Shown: positions 35,645 through 48,166 of the stretch, in pieces
Numbering within the stretch: the stretch's first letter is position 1
Layout: each line of letters opens with the position of its first letter
Origin: Psammoneis japonica
Taxonomy: Eukaryota
DNA length: 64,000 nt
Direction: 5' to 3'
NCBI GenBank assembly: GCA_008632985.1
Contig: QPGO01000011.1
Coordinates: 1 to 64,000 of the forward strand
Program-made: the position numbers and the translations under genes
Notes under the pieces: model-generated
Databases searched by the model: none
What the model was told of the DNA's origin: nothing
Seen by the model: only the letters and a program-made list of their open reading frames with translations

Positions 35645-38430
35645 TTTTGAACATCCGATGGTGCGACGACACGCGAAGCCCGTGGAATTCCAAGATCGCG
35701 AACACTGCCGAACTTCCCTGCACAGTCGAACAGTGCGACTGATGAGCTCAACAGCCGCAACGTGATGCACACGGTGCTGACCCACCCAACCGACACAGGC
35801 TGCTGCCACCACACCAGCGGCGACTGCCGACAATCCAACAGCAAATCCCAACCCTCCCTCCTCCAACAACACTCCACCAGTGCCTGACACTCCTGCTCCT
35901 GTTGCAACAAATGCTCCTCGGTCCTGATCACGCAGGCAATGACCGTTTTGGAAATTGGTGGACAACTTTGTGGAAGACGAGCACTCAACCAACGCCGGAC
36001 AACGACCAACTTCTCAAAGATGGCAGAGGGGGGCGATGCTGGCATCCAGGAGAACAACAGTGGCTTCTTGGGCCAGCACAGATTAAATCATCTTTGCAGA
36101 TTCCTGTTCTGCATTGTTTGGCACCATCAAAGAAAATGAGAGCGCCAAGCTGTGGTTTGTCGACAATGCCAACTCTTTGTTTGCCAGAATGGACGCACAA
36201 CAGGTCAGTGATGCCAAGAGCCACAGCAGCATTGTCTTCACCATTGTGATGGAGGATGCATGCTGACAAAATGATGCTCTTCATTTGAAAAGAAAATTTG
36301 GGGTTGGGTGTTGTGTTTGAGAAACTCCAGCACTGAAAATTGTGGGTGGGGGGCAAGTGGCAAAAAAATGCATGTGCAAAGCTTTTGTTTCCAAATCAAA
36401 TTGCAAGTGGGGCACCTTGTTGTTGTCTCTTGCATTGTCATGTGTTGCTGCTCCCTGCATTGCATGCAATGCCTTGGTGCTGCATGCTGGCCCATCATTT
36501 TCTGTCTTTGCACCAATTTGTTGCATCAGAGCTCATTGACAGTGCTGCCAATGTCATTGCTGTGTTGCAGCAGCATTGTTTTTTGCTCCATTTCAAACAT
36601 CAGTGCTGACATCATGGGAATTGTGAGGATGCACACCAACAACAAATTGCTCTCCATTGTTCAGAAAGAATGTTTGGAAACACACAATGTGTTTGAGAGA
36701 AGCTTTGACTGTTGATGAGTGGCAACAAAGATGCAGCCAGCAGCTCAGCTTTTTTAGCATCAAAATGAGTTGCAGTGCACTGTTGTCTGTTGTGTTGCTG
36801 CTGGAGTTTTTGTGGCACAAGAATCTGGAGAGAATGGCGACAGACACAGCACTGCCCCAAGCCAGAGCAGTGCATGTGCAGCAGAAGACAGACAAGCAAA
36901 TTGCTGATGAAACCAGTGGTTGTCATGCTTCATTGTGCTTGATGCACATTTTAGATGTCTGTGCCATTGGACACAAATGAGATCAGCAGATGTTCACCTT
37001 GTTTTCTTTGATCTGTTTGGTGCAAGAAGCAACGTGGCTGCTGGCGCCACCCAGGGCTCTGTGAGCTGGTGCCCTCCAGAGATGCATCATCAGAGTTGAG
37101 TGCAAGCCCAGAGATGACCATGCCGCTGTCAATGTTTGTGTTGCCAACATTGCCAAAGATGGCAGTTTTGCACTGAAAAGCAAAAAACAGCAGCACAAAA
37201 AGCAATTGTGAGGGTCAGCAGAGAGAATGTGAACGCAGACAAAAAGGACAATCTGACACAACAGAGCAATGGTGCTGTGATGCATGCATGTGCACATGCC
37301 CACTTGTTTGATGCTCCACTGGATTCTGTCCTGCAGTCAATGAAAATGACAACACAGACTCTGTTGTTGCCAGTTGCTTGGCTGTGCTTGTCACCATGAA
37401 ATGAGCACACCGATGCAGTGAGTCACAAAGTGAAAACAACAACAAACTGCTCCAAGCCACCATCACAGTGCACCTTGGCTGCCATGTTGACAATCTCTCC
37501 ATGTGACATCAAGGTGCTGTCAACTGCAATGACTCTAAATGGCAACATGCCACAATCTCAGTTGTCTTTTTGTTGGGTGCTGCACTGCACTGACACAAAA
37601 AATGTGCACATGTTGCTGTGGCAAACCAAAAATTGAGACCACCACACAGAAATTTCCAGCACAGTGTCTCCAGGATGGACAACGCCAAGGAGTTGTCACA
37701 CTGGAGAGTTTGTTGCCAACACTTTGTCATTGGATGCGGGAGCAGCACACTCAAGGGTTCATCAGCACCAGATTGAGGAAGTCAGAATGAGAGCTGACCT
37801 TGAGTTGCAGGTGCTTGACATCTTCCAACCCAAAGCAGCAAAGGAGTGCTCTGACACTTGCAGAAAGATTGATCTCTACAATCGGAGCTGCAGGAAAGAC
37901 AACCTGCAGATCAAATGGAAGAAGTTGGGCACCCTGGACTGGCCCATCCATGTGAATTTCTCAGTCTTTCTTGGCATGGTTGTCATTGACACATGGTGGA
38001 GAGTGTGTGCAACAGTTGCAACAATGGCGGTTGCACAGTGTGTGAAAAGGACTTCTGTGAGTTTCTTGTGGAAGAGTCAATTGACAATGGCTCATCTGCC
38101 CTGCCGCAAGTCACTGCTCATTGAAACTCTTCTTCTGCATCTGCTGGTGTCTGTCAGTGGACAGATTGCTGGTGGGTGGAACAGACAATCATTTGACACC
38201 AACCAAGAAGCACAGAAAGCCCAGGCATGGAGCAGTTGCCAATTGCTTCTTGTTGCAGGGTGCCTGCAGGGTGCCTGCAGGGTGTGTGGTGAAAGACAGC
38301 CCACATCTGTTTGCTGTGCAAGCAGATGGCTCCAGATGGATGAGAGATGTTTTTGTGCACAACCAGGAAGGGGGAAAACTGCTTTGCCATTCATGCCGCT
38401 GACAAACACAGTTCATGTACATCTTGGTAA
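35645..38430 (+). mobile_element. TpA-depleted block containing a degenerate piggyBac-like transposase relic (about 37650-38410, plus strand)
   Basis: QPKAAKECSDTCRKIDLYNRSCRKDNLQIKWKKLGTLDWPIHVNFSVFLGMVVIDTW resembles, from recall, the piggyBac-type Y..xG.ID.HN..R...W...DxW block. It is followed by a frameshifted Cys-rich tail (QGACRVC...C...CFAIHAADKH). Five TA in 2.8 kb. Confidence 0.7.
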
Positions 38431-38988
38431 AGTCTCATTTAGGTTCTGCATGTTTTGTTGCCTTTGCCGCTTGTAGAGCGGCGGTTGCATCGTCGTCATG
38501 GTGAGGACAGATTTTGAGCACGCTCTGGTGTCTGCTTTTCTACACGTTGTGTCTGTCTGTCTAGATTTTACTACCTCAATTGAGGTCAATTGAGGAAAAT
38601 CCCGGTAGACTCTCTAGACACTCTACTCCAGAGTTCCCCTCTCTAGGGTTAGCAGTCACAATGGCGGCTCTTGAAATAATGACGAACCGTAGCACCGCCG
38701 GTTGGTCAACATCAGGTGCCTCAAGTTTGATTATTGTTAAAAGTTGGTCCTTGATGATTCCTGCCGTTGTCGTTGCGTCAAAAATTTGAAGCGTGCGATC
38801 CATCAGAGTGTTCTGCGGCTAGCGGATTCAGCAGATGGATGACCCGGTCCCTGGTGAAAGCTTCCGCGCCATTCCACCTCAATGCCATGCATTGTACCTA
38901 ACCCACAGGTTCTAATGCGCTGCATTAACACACAGCGCATTCGACTAGTAGACAATGCATCCACAATGCAGTTTCCCTGGACGCGTCT

Positions 38989-41376
38989 TCATCGCTTCAG
39001 GTTCTTCCAGTTGTTTGGGAAAATGTCATTTGGAATGCCAACATGGTGCCGGAAGGCTCCATCTAAATGCATGTCACTTGTGTATGGTTTATTGAAAAAC
39101 CTAATGGACGACCTAGGATACTCGGTCACAAATCGAGGGAGACCGCTGATGTACCACGCAGCTTGGTCGTGATGATCAGAACCTAGAATGCGTACAATGT
39201 ATGTCGAACTACGACGCCTGTGTTTGCGAATCACAGAACAGGGCCAATAAGCACCATTGAACTTGTCTCGGTAGTCTGCATCGTATGTATTTCCAGCTTG
39301 AGAACTGTATCGATCAAGCAAAGTATGATCACTGAAGTTAGTCCAATTCGGTTCCGTGCGATTCCATCTTTCATGCTTGTCAAAGTCTGTTTCCGAAAAG
39401 ATGCAACCCGTGAAGAGATTTGTGTGCGTTTGCGTCTTTCTCATATCACCACTCATCAATGATTCAGGTATTTCATATTGTTCATTAAGTTTCGTTGGTG
39501 AAACGTAGGACGAGGAGTGATTTGACGGTGGTTTCCATTGCTCAACATGCTTCGCCCATGCCTGTTCCCAATCCTTTCCGTAGTCAATAAAAATTTCATC
39601 GCTAGGCTGAATGTCTCGAGTCGCCACGATTTCCATAGACAAGCCACGCTCCCTCTGCTCAGCGATCTCATCTATTGTCATTTGAAGCCACTTGTCCGTT
39701 TTTGGATCCCACCCGGTTGCCCACCGAAGTATTGCGTTTGGACCGTCTGCCCCACACTCGCTCTTTTCGTTGCTACAATGATTGATGAGCATTACATTTG
39801 TTATCGGACAGAGAAGAAGGCTGCTTTCATTGTGGCCAAAGCAGTAATTCATGAGAAGTTGGTAAGAAGTTGGGCCGGTATGGTTGGTGTGGCTCAACCG
39901 CATCACGTCTTTATCCACAACTTGCAACAACGGGGCTGGTGATATAACTTCTCCCTTGGCTAGAAAGCGTTGTGAAATTGCACCTTGACCTGCATGTGGG
40001 AGCGAGCTTGGACCGGCAATAATATTATCAACACACAGACCGTTTTCTTTTATCCATTCTGTGCTCCTCGGAGTGCTGTCGAGCTCGCGAGCAATCCGTT
40101 TTGCAATGTCTTTGTCTGAAGAAGATTCATCAAAAGGCGACATGACATGACGAAGCTCCTCATATGTTTTAGGAAATACGGATGCTGACTTAGTGTTAGA
40201 TTCATTCAACATGGCCCGAGATTTCGATACCATTCGATCTACAAAACAAAGGGTTAGCGACGACACGTCCTGCGATGACACCAATACCGTAAACTCTTTG
40301 AAAGAGAATTCATCAGACTTACCAAGACTTTCTTTCGTCTTTTCACCATGACGAAGCTGCTGACTAGAAGACAAAGTCAAATTCTTCCACATCTCTCTTG
40401 CGACGATTGCAGCAGCCTTGTAGTCGTTTTTAGTCAAGACGAAATCCTCCCAGATGGGTGGGTCATGCATCTCCCGATCATCCTTACAGGGTGTCCCATA
40501 GTTGAGTAACAGTTCTTCTCCCGCCTCAACATCTCTTTTTACAACAATTTCTCGGCCAATGTGATAGGAAAATTCTCCTGTTCCTGGATCACCAGCGCTG
40601 CGGTTGACAAACATGTCGTTGTATGGTCGGACCGTCGGATTTTTGATGTCGATTGATCGAAGCAAACAGTGGTGATTTGGCAGTTGACTAAACGTCATCT
40701 TTAAATCCACGACAGTGTGACCCTCCCACATTAACTGATCAGAAACACCACGGCCCCACCAATATTCGTTAAAGAGGTTATGCCATTGTTTTCGCGCTTG
40801 TCGCAATTTGTCGCTATCGTCATCAAATTCAATGTAGTAGTCGATTACGGGGACGCTTAATCCATCCGAAACGTTCACAATGACGGATCCCTTGGTCAAA
40901 TTCTTAACCGTGTAGATTCCCATACTCTTTACATCTCGTTGCGACGAGGGAGCCATATACACTGTACATTGGTTCGTGCTATAATCGACGTTGCTGGTTG
41001 ATATCGACCGGTTTTCCTTGCTGAACGCGTCTTCACTGCGTGATGCGGTCTGGTTGAGGTTGTTCGTGCTCAATTCGGCATCACTGTTTGATGCTGACCT
41101 GTTGCTCAAGATGAACGAGACAACACTGGATGTTGTCGACCGGTTGTTAGTGCTGAAATCGTTTCTTGCGGCTGGGGTCGGTGCTACTCCAGCGTGGTCA
41201 CGAGATGCATTGTGTTCACTGGCCCAACGCGACACGAAGAAGACCCCCACAAGAGACCATGCTAATAAAATGAAAAAGAACACTGCATAGCGATTTGGGG
41301 GGACTTTCCACATTGCTCGGGTTTTGGTGGCTGAACAATGCGGATGTATGATTCCTCTCTGAGCCATTGACGCCAT
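38989..41376 (-). CDS. Secretory double-SET-domain protein, paralog 3 (in-frame intron 40322-40239)
   Basis: N-terminal TM segment, N-x-S/T-rich stem, PNHHC...GEELLLNYG and LINHC...DEIFIDYG; intron at the same phase-1 site as paralogs 1 and 2. Confidence 0.82.
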   Translation of the reverse strand: MASMAQRGIIHPHCSATKTRAMWKVPPNRYAVFFFILLAWSLVGVFFVSRWASEHNASRDHAGVAPTPAARNDFSTNNRSTTSSVVSFILSNRSASNSDAELSTNNLNQTASRSEDAFSKENRSISTSNVDYSTNQCTVYMAPSSQRDVKSMGIYTVKNLTKGSVIVNVSDGLSVPVIDYYIEFDDDSDKLRQARKQWHNLFNEYWWGRGVSDQLMWEGHTVVDLKMTFSQLPNHHCLLRSIDIKNPTVRPYNDMFVNRSAGDPGTGEFSYHIGREIVVKRDVEAGEELLLNYGTPCKDDREMHDPPIWEDFVLTKNDYKAAAIVAREMWKNLTLSSSQQLRHGEKTKESLGKSDEFSFKEFTVLVSSQDVSSLTLCFVDRMVSKSRAMLNESNTKSASVFPKTYEELRHVMSPFDESSSDKDIAKRIARELDSTPRSTEWIKENGLCVDNIIAGPSSLPHAGQGAISQRFLAKGEVISPAPLLQVVDKDVMRLSHTNHTGPTSYQLLMNYCFGHNESSLLLCPITNVMLINHCSNEKSECGADGPNAILRWATGWDPKTDKWLQMTIDEIAEQRERGLSMEIVATRDIQPSDEIFIDYGKDWEQAWAKHVEQWKPPSNHSSSYVSPTKLNEQYEIPESLMSGDMRKTQTHTNLFTGCIFSETDFDKHERWNRTEPNWTNFSDHTLLDRYSSQAGNTYDADYRDKFNGAYWPCSVIRKHRRRSSTYIVRILGSDHHDQAAWYISGLPRFVTEYPRSSIRFFNKPYTSDMHLDGAFRHHVGIPNDIFPNNWKNLKR

Positions 41377-41464
41377 TCATTTTTTCGATCGTGTGTCGTG
41401 TGCTTATAGAAGACGGGACTCGTTCCTTGCCCGCGAGTCCCGCCAAATCGTGACTAAAAATAAA

Positions 41465-42890
41465 TTTCGCGCCGGCTCCAAACAACTGCCTCCGTGCTCC
41501 GGCGTCTCCTCTCGTGAACTTGAGATCCAGAACGATGAGACGCAGCAGTCGCATGTTGTGCACCCAAAAGCAAGTCGATCGGGAATGTTGAAGGGCACTT
41601 GGCCTGTGAAGTGCAACAGAAAAGGCGCAAGGTGGCAGCACTTCTTCCCCCATCTTCTCCCTTGGTGTTGACATGCTGGCTGTTGCTCTGCTGCAGAGCA
41701 AAGAGTTTTCCATTGGCTGGGGCTGCCACCTGCCTCGATGTGTGCTCAGATCCCAGACACAACTGCACTTCAGACTTCATCTGCTGCTCCTCACATGACA
41801 CAAAATGATTCTTGATGTGATCCCGTGGCTCAAGTTTCTGAGCAGATCAGTTGACTGGAGCTGTGGTGCAATTGGTCTGATTGCTTGGATGTCATGGGCT
41901 GCTTTGACATGCTGCTTAGAGTCACAACATGCTGCTGCACACAGCCTGGATGGACAATCAGTTCAAAGAATTTTGAGCAACAGCTGCTGACAAGAAACAC
42001 AAGAGCAAGAGCCAGCGCACTGCTGCTGTTGGCACTTGCCAGCGGGATGTCATCTGGACATGCTCAGAATGAAGCAAAGGTGGGACAATCTCTTCTGAGA
42101 GTTTGTTGTTTGGGCAGATTGAGACCCTTGGCAATTCAAGAATGGACTGCTTTGCATGAGGACAAGGCTCATGCCAAAAAGGATGGCTGATGCAAGCTGA
42201 GTGTGGCGGGCCAAAAATGCCAAGCTGGGCAAATGAACAAGAGGACAGTCGCTGGACAGATGCCTGCCAACAACCTGGATTCCTGTGTCCTGTGGAAACA
42301 AATGCTCCACAGGAGCACTGCAAAAATGAAGGTTGACTGTCGTGGTGTGCTCTGCTCTCAAAAAGAATTTCAACACCATTCCAAAAGAGTTTGGAGATCT
42401 TGTTGGAGCAAAAAATGAAGCCCCAGATCATTGGCCATCTGCAGGATCTGGCAATCATCAAGACAGAGCAGGGCAATGCAACTCCACAATTGTGGACAGG
42501 GGCCAGAGAGAAATTGTCATCACACAGCACACAATGATGTGAAAGTGACATTTTCATTGCGATGTTCGATTGGTTCCTTTTCTTTTGAGAAGCAGACATG
42601 CTGCATCAATTTTTCCCCTTCTTCTTCAAATCAAATCAACACTTTTGCACAGCTTCAGAAGTCACAAAATCTGGAAAGCCATGTCGCTGTGCTGCGTCAG
42701 CTGTGGATTTGGTTCCGCTCGAGGAGCCACCGAAGATTCCATGGTGGATCACATTGTGGGGTGCATGGCATTGAAGTTAGGATGGGACACCAGCACTGTG
42801 CGCATTGCAATGATTGTCCACGTTCAAACGGACATGGTCGTCGCATGTCATCCTTTGAGCATCTTTTGGAGCCTCTTGAGAGCTCTCACG
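41465..42890. mobile_element. TpA- and CpG-depleted degenerate block, probable transposon relic
   Basis: Two TA (both TTAG) in about 1.4 kb; no credible ORF; family not recognised. Confidence 0.5.
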
Positions 42891-43121
42891 GCTATGATGG
42901 ATGTGAGGAGTTTCACTGATTGAGCCAAGATGATTCATGCAGTGTACACATCAAGTTGTGTGGTAGCTCCTCACAACACTGATGACGAGTATAGGTGAAA
43001 GGTGCCGCACCTAGGAAAAGGTCCAAGTTCTAAGAAGCGGTTAGCAAAGTTAGATCCTATCCCAAAGCTTAAGCCAAATTCAAAAATTGCCCCATTCCCG
43101 AACCTTGCCCCTATAATACGA

Positions 43122-45059
43122 TTAACCTTGCTTGCGATTTTTCCATTGTTCCGGGAAGATTTCATCGCGAAGGTGGATTGGGTGACGAAAAACGCCATTC
43201 AAATGCATGTCGCTCGTGTACATATCATTGAAGTATCGAATGGAGCTCCTTGGATAGTTTGTAACAAAGCGTGGAAGCTCCTCTTCTTCCGAATCGTCCG
43301 AGCCATCAATCCAAACCGTGTACGTAGATTCGTCCGGACTGTCACTACGAATGACTGAGCAAGGCCAGAAGGCGTTGTCCACTTCTGGAACATCGTCCGC
43401 AACACGGTAGAGGTCACCCGTGTTGGTGGCGTAGCGATCGAGGATATCGGCATCGTCAAGGCTTCGCCAGGTAGGGTCCGCACTGCGTTCTTGGTGATCA
43501 TACTCGGTTTGCCAATAGCGGCAGCCAGTGAAAATGCTGGGATGTTCCGTGTACTTCTTCCTCAAATCTCCTGTAACGAAATCCTCATGAATTGGCCCTC
43601 CCCGTTGATTCAGTTCAGCAGCAGAGAGCATGCTGGATGGCTCGGGAGGATTCCATTTCTCCACGTGCGCTTTCCAAGCTTCCTCCCATGCCACTCCATA
43701 GTCGACGAAGATTTCTTCTCCCTGTTTGATATCTCGGGTAGCTACGACTTCGAGTGCCAAACCTCTGGTTGGTTGGCTGGCAAGTTCTTTGAGAGTCATT
43801 TCACGCCATTGATCTGAGTTTGGATCCCATCCAGACGACCAACGATACTCCGCGTTCGGGGTACAGTCATCGCTGGTGCGTTCACTGCAATGGTTGATGA
43901 GGATTGCATTGGTGAGCGGACACATCAAGAGACTACTCTCCCCATGACCAATGCAATAGTTCAGCAACAGCTGAGCGGTAGGTTCGCCATTGTTGGGTAC
44001 AAATTGAGAACATCCTTGTTGAGAATATGGAGAGTTGGAACCGGTACAACCATTTCACCCTTTCAATGGACCGTTGTGCCATAGCGCCTTGTCCTGCATG
44101 AGGGATAGTGCTTGGTCCTGGAATAATATGATCCATACAGTATCCATTCTCCTTGATCCACTCGACACTTCTCCTGGATGTTCCATGCTCACGCGCTAGA
44201 TGGATCGCCATTTCGTCGGCATCAAAGGACGGAGTCATGTTTGCAATTGCCTGCAAATCACGGTAGGATGTCGGAAGAACCGAAGCTGCCAATTCATTCT
44301 GCTCGATTGCATCGTTCTTGATGTTGGTGATTAAATCATCAAATTCCTTGTGAGCTTCTTCGGTCTTTTCGTGTCCTTGGAGTCGCTGCCACGTCTTGGC
44401 AACGATATCGCTAGCCATTTCAATGTGCGTTCGCTTGAGCACGGCATCACGAAAGTCACCCGTAGTCTCTGTGGGAGGGATCTCTTCACACTTTCCGTAA
44501 TTGAGAAAGAGTTCTTCTCCAGCCTCAACGTCTCTAGTAACAAAAAAGTCCTTGCCCTTGTAATAGGAAAAGGCGCCTGCACCAGGGTGAAAGTGCTTGT
44601 GGTCCTCGTCTCTCCCAGCAAAGTCGTCGTGAGGTTTATACTTGGGATTGCGATAGTCAATGGAATCCAAGATGCAATGGTGGTTGGGCAAGGCTCCAAA
44701 CATGATTTGATAGTCAGTCGCCGTCGCTGCCTCCCACCCGGCTTGATCCCAAACGCCTCGACCCCACCAGTATGAATTAAAGAGGCCGACCCAATCATGC
44801 CCGTACTGGTCTTCATCGTCTGTAAAGATATAATCCACCACGATAATACTCGGTCCATCAGGTGCTTGCAAGAGATTGGTATTTTCAGGCATATCCTTGA
44901 CAGTGTACAATCCAAAGCCGTTGACTTTCTCTACGGAAGATGGGCCATGTAAATCGTACACGAATTATCATCCTTATTGGGAGCGTCGCTTGATTGAGCA
45001 AGCAGCGGTTGAAGAAGCAAAGCGATGGAGAGCAGAGCCCAAGAAGAAGATAGAATCAT
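43122..45059 (-). CDS. Secreted double-SET-domain protein, paralog 4; apparent frameshifts near 44945, 44060 and 43990
   Basis: Signal peptide [22 protein letters not shown] followed by CTIYMA; PNHHC...[14 protein letters not shown]...GEEIFVDYG; lacks the intron shared by paralogs 1-3. Confidence 0.78.
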
Positions 45060-45513
45060 GGTGTTGTTTGTTCAATGAATTGATCATTGTGTGATCTCAT
45101 ACGGTGTAGCGCAATGGTATTACGAATACTGTAGAGGTGCAGTCTTGTTGGCGATAACCGTTGGATTGGGGCCGTTTGCCGTTTTCCGTTGAGAAGAGGC
45201 GGGAGAATACGTTGAGCGTGCGTTGAGGGTTCCAAGAACCAAGCCAAGAACCACCGCATACGCCGGCGTGTGAGTCGCGAACCGCGACCTAGATGGTGAA
45301 CGACAGCGACAGACGACCACCACATGCGTTGAACGAATGGACGGACGACAGCCGGACAGAAACTTTTTTCCGGGTTTCAATGTGACACTACGGTGGTGGC
45401 AGTACATTCTCTACATGCAAACTTTCTACACGAATTCATGATACTAGCAGGGCATTCAAATCGCCAGCGACAACAGCACGCACGAAACCGAGTGCTCAGC
45501 ACCTTTCTCGACC

Positions 45514-47477
45514 ATGGCGTTATCTGCCGCTGTCATGAGGCCCTCGGCCGGTCGAAGAGCCCACCACTGCCGTCTTCTAACCCTGCTCCTCATAGCAATG
45601 GTAGTAAGATCCACCGCAAAGGAGGAGGAGTCGCTTCAGCGTCGTTCTTCAAATGGTTTGTTGTGACCGTGATGCTGTGTGCGGTATCTTTTTACTTTGG
45701 ATTGGCTCTGGGAATGCACGGGTGTCACAGTGAGCAGCAACCTACTTCTGTTCAGGAATCGGCAGCAGATCGTGTCCTGAATGCCGTATCGAGCTTGGGC
45801 AAGAAGAATCGGTTTCCCAAGACGGTTCAGTCGTGGGCGGTCGGGATGTCCCGTGTAAGCAAGTCTGCGTTTGTAGACGAGCTCGACATTGGGTTGCCCA
45901 TGGACAAGCCCGACCCAAAAGACAATAACGACGTTTTGATTCTGTATAATCACAAAAGGCCTTACCCGACCAGCAGAAGGACGACAGTCAATTTATGGAA
46001 AACGAAATTCCTCAGCTCAGTCCCAAAGACGCCATGAAGAATTGCCACTCGCTCAAACTCGTCTTGACTGGGATGGGAGACAGAAATCAGTGTATTGCAC
46101 TCATGGGCAACTGGGAGGACTACGCAATTAAGAAGTACATGAGATTGCCACAAAAAGGAGAACTAGCGGCCAGGCATCCGTTGCGTCACGTCAGCCAATC
46201 GCACAATTCCAAGAACCAACCCATGAGAATACCCGACTCCAAAACGACTCAGTACTTTTGGAGCTCGATTCTTCAATCATACTTTGCCAACCTAGATCAT
46301 ATGTTGTCGTCGATTAAGCCTTGGCGGACAAAGTTGCTGTTCAGAACACCGTCGTTGTCATGGTATGCAACCAGGGACAGTCGGACTTGCTCATGAACTT
46401 TGTGTGCAACGCCAAGGCAAAGGACTCGATACCAGTCAAGTGCTGCTTTTTGCTACTGACCGAGAAACCAAGGATTTGGCTGAAGGACTTGGGCTTACCG
46501 TGTTTTATGACGCAACCGTGAGTGCTGCATACCGTCTGTACACGTCAACAACTTGTCTTGCGATGATCAATTCTTTCTCAACTTTGGCCTTTTGTTCTCT
46601 ATGCTTCCAACTCGACGTAGCTCTTTGGGGACACCTCGTCCCAGGCGGCTCTGCGCTATGGAGACAAACGCTTTACCGACATGATGTTGGCCAAGGTCTA
46701 TTGTGTTCAATTGCTCAACATGTTGGGATATCACATTTTGTTTCAAGACGTGGATGTCGTTTGGTTCAAGAATCCCGTCGATTTCTTCTTGGATCAGGGC
46801 GAAAAGTACGATTTGTATTTTCAAGACGATGGTGCTCGTACGGCGCGGTATGCTCCCTACTCGCCAAACACTGGCTTTTATTTTGTACGACACAATGAAC
46901 GGAGTCAATACTTTTTGTCGAGTTTCCTCCGAAGTGCCGATATGATTCTTTTGTCGGGAAGTCATCAATCGGCGCTCAATCAAGTCTTGGCTCATCACGC
47001 CTCCTGGAGAGGTCTTCGCGTCAAGGTGTTTTCACGCGGCGAAAGCAACTTTCCCGGAGGCTACAACTACCATCAGATATCGAGGAAGTGGATGAAGGAA
47101 TATTTTCAGGGCAAGCATGATCCATACAGTTAAGTCGCGGACTTTGCCATCCACCTGCAACCGCGCCGCGTATCACACACGTTTTGTTTTCTGACCATCT
47201 CTTTCTTGTTTTGTTTCTAGTATTCCATATGAGCTGGACGTACAACAAGGAAAACAAGATTTTGTTCTTTAAGCAAATGGAGGAGTGGTATTTGAATCCT
47301 CAGTGCCTTGACAAGACCGCGGAGAAGATTCTCTTTGAAGCACAAACGACGTCTACACTGGAAGAAGCGTGTTGCGCAAAAGAAGCCTTATTTTCCTGCC
47401 ATTATCGCGACAAGCCAAGCAAGCATCCCTGCAAGGACAGCCCGCCTATTGACGAGGGAAAGCCGTCATTTTGGTGA
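45514..47477 (+). CDS. Nucleotide-diphospho-sugar transferase (GT77-like), paralog 1; introns 46518-46620 and about 47129-47220; several apparent frameshifts
   Basis: Type II TM anchor; FQDVDVVWFKNP (DxD), YFQDDG, PNTGFYFVR, HQ and FHMSWT; collinear with 50019-51858. Confidence 0.82.
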
Positions 47478-48166
47478 AATGACAACCATAGCGAATCAGT
47501 CTTGTGACTGTAGTGTGCATGCCGTATGGTGTTGTCCTGGTTTGGAAAGAAGCTGTATCAAATCTTAGGGAACTGACGCCTGTCTGTAGACTGTGAACTG
47601 AGAAAGGTTGCCAATGGCGTACCCTACTTCCTTTTCCTCGTTTCGAAAGATACACGCTGCGGCCTCCCTACTCGCTAGAGAAATAATTCACAAAAATCGA
47701 TCCACCTTTCACTGAGAAATTAATAGAAAGAAATCTAGGTTAGTCAATTTGTTTTGAGAAGCAAGATCCTGTCGACGAAATGCTCTGCGATTACGAGAAC
47801 TTTCGCCATATAAGAACAATAGCTGTGGGAGGATTAACTTGGAGACACGACAAGTGGGATTTATGATTGACAACTGTACTGCCGATCCATATTGCTACCG
47901 TATGCAATATATGTGGCATCACTGGCCTTTTGAACTCAATCAGTGCTATCCTTATTGAAGGAAAAGCGGTACTGTAGCCATCATTTAGGGTGAAGGTTTC
48001 GCATGGGCTGTAGCTATTCTGGTGAGCTTGAAATGTTGCCGCGAGCCACAACCGAAGGTTTGTCGTTGGCAGGTGCTACTATCAAACATGTTTTGAAACG
48101 ACTTTAGGGGCATTGTTCATGCTACTAGAGTACCATACAAGCACATCAAGCTTGTGCTCTAAGAAG

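Noticed and set aside
35600..38600. piggyBac terminal inverted repeats and TTAA target duplications
   Set aside because: I could not identify matching ends by eye, so element limits are given by composition only.
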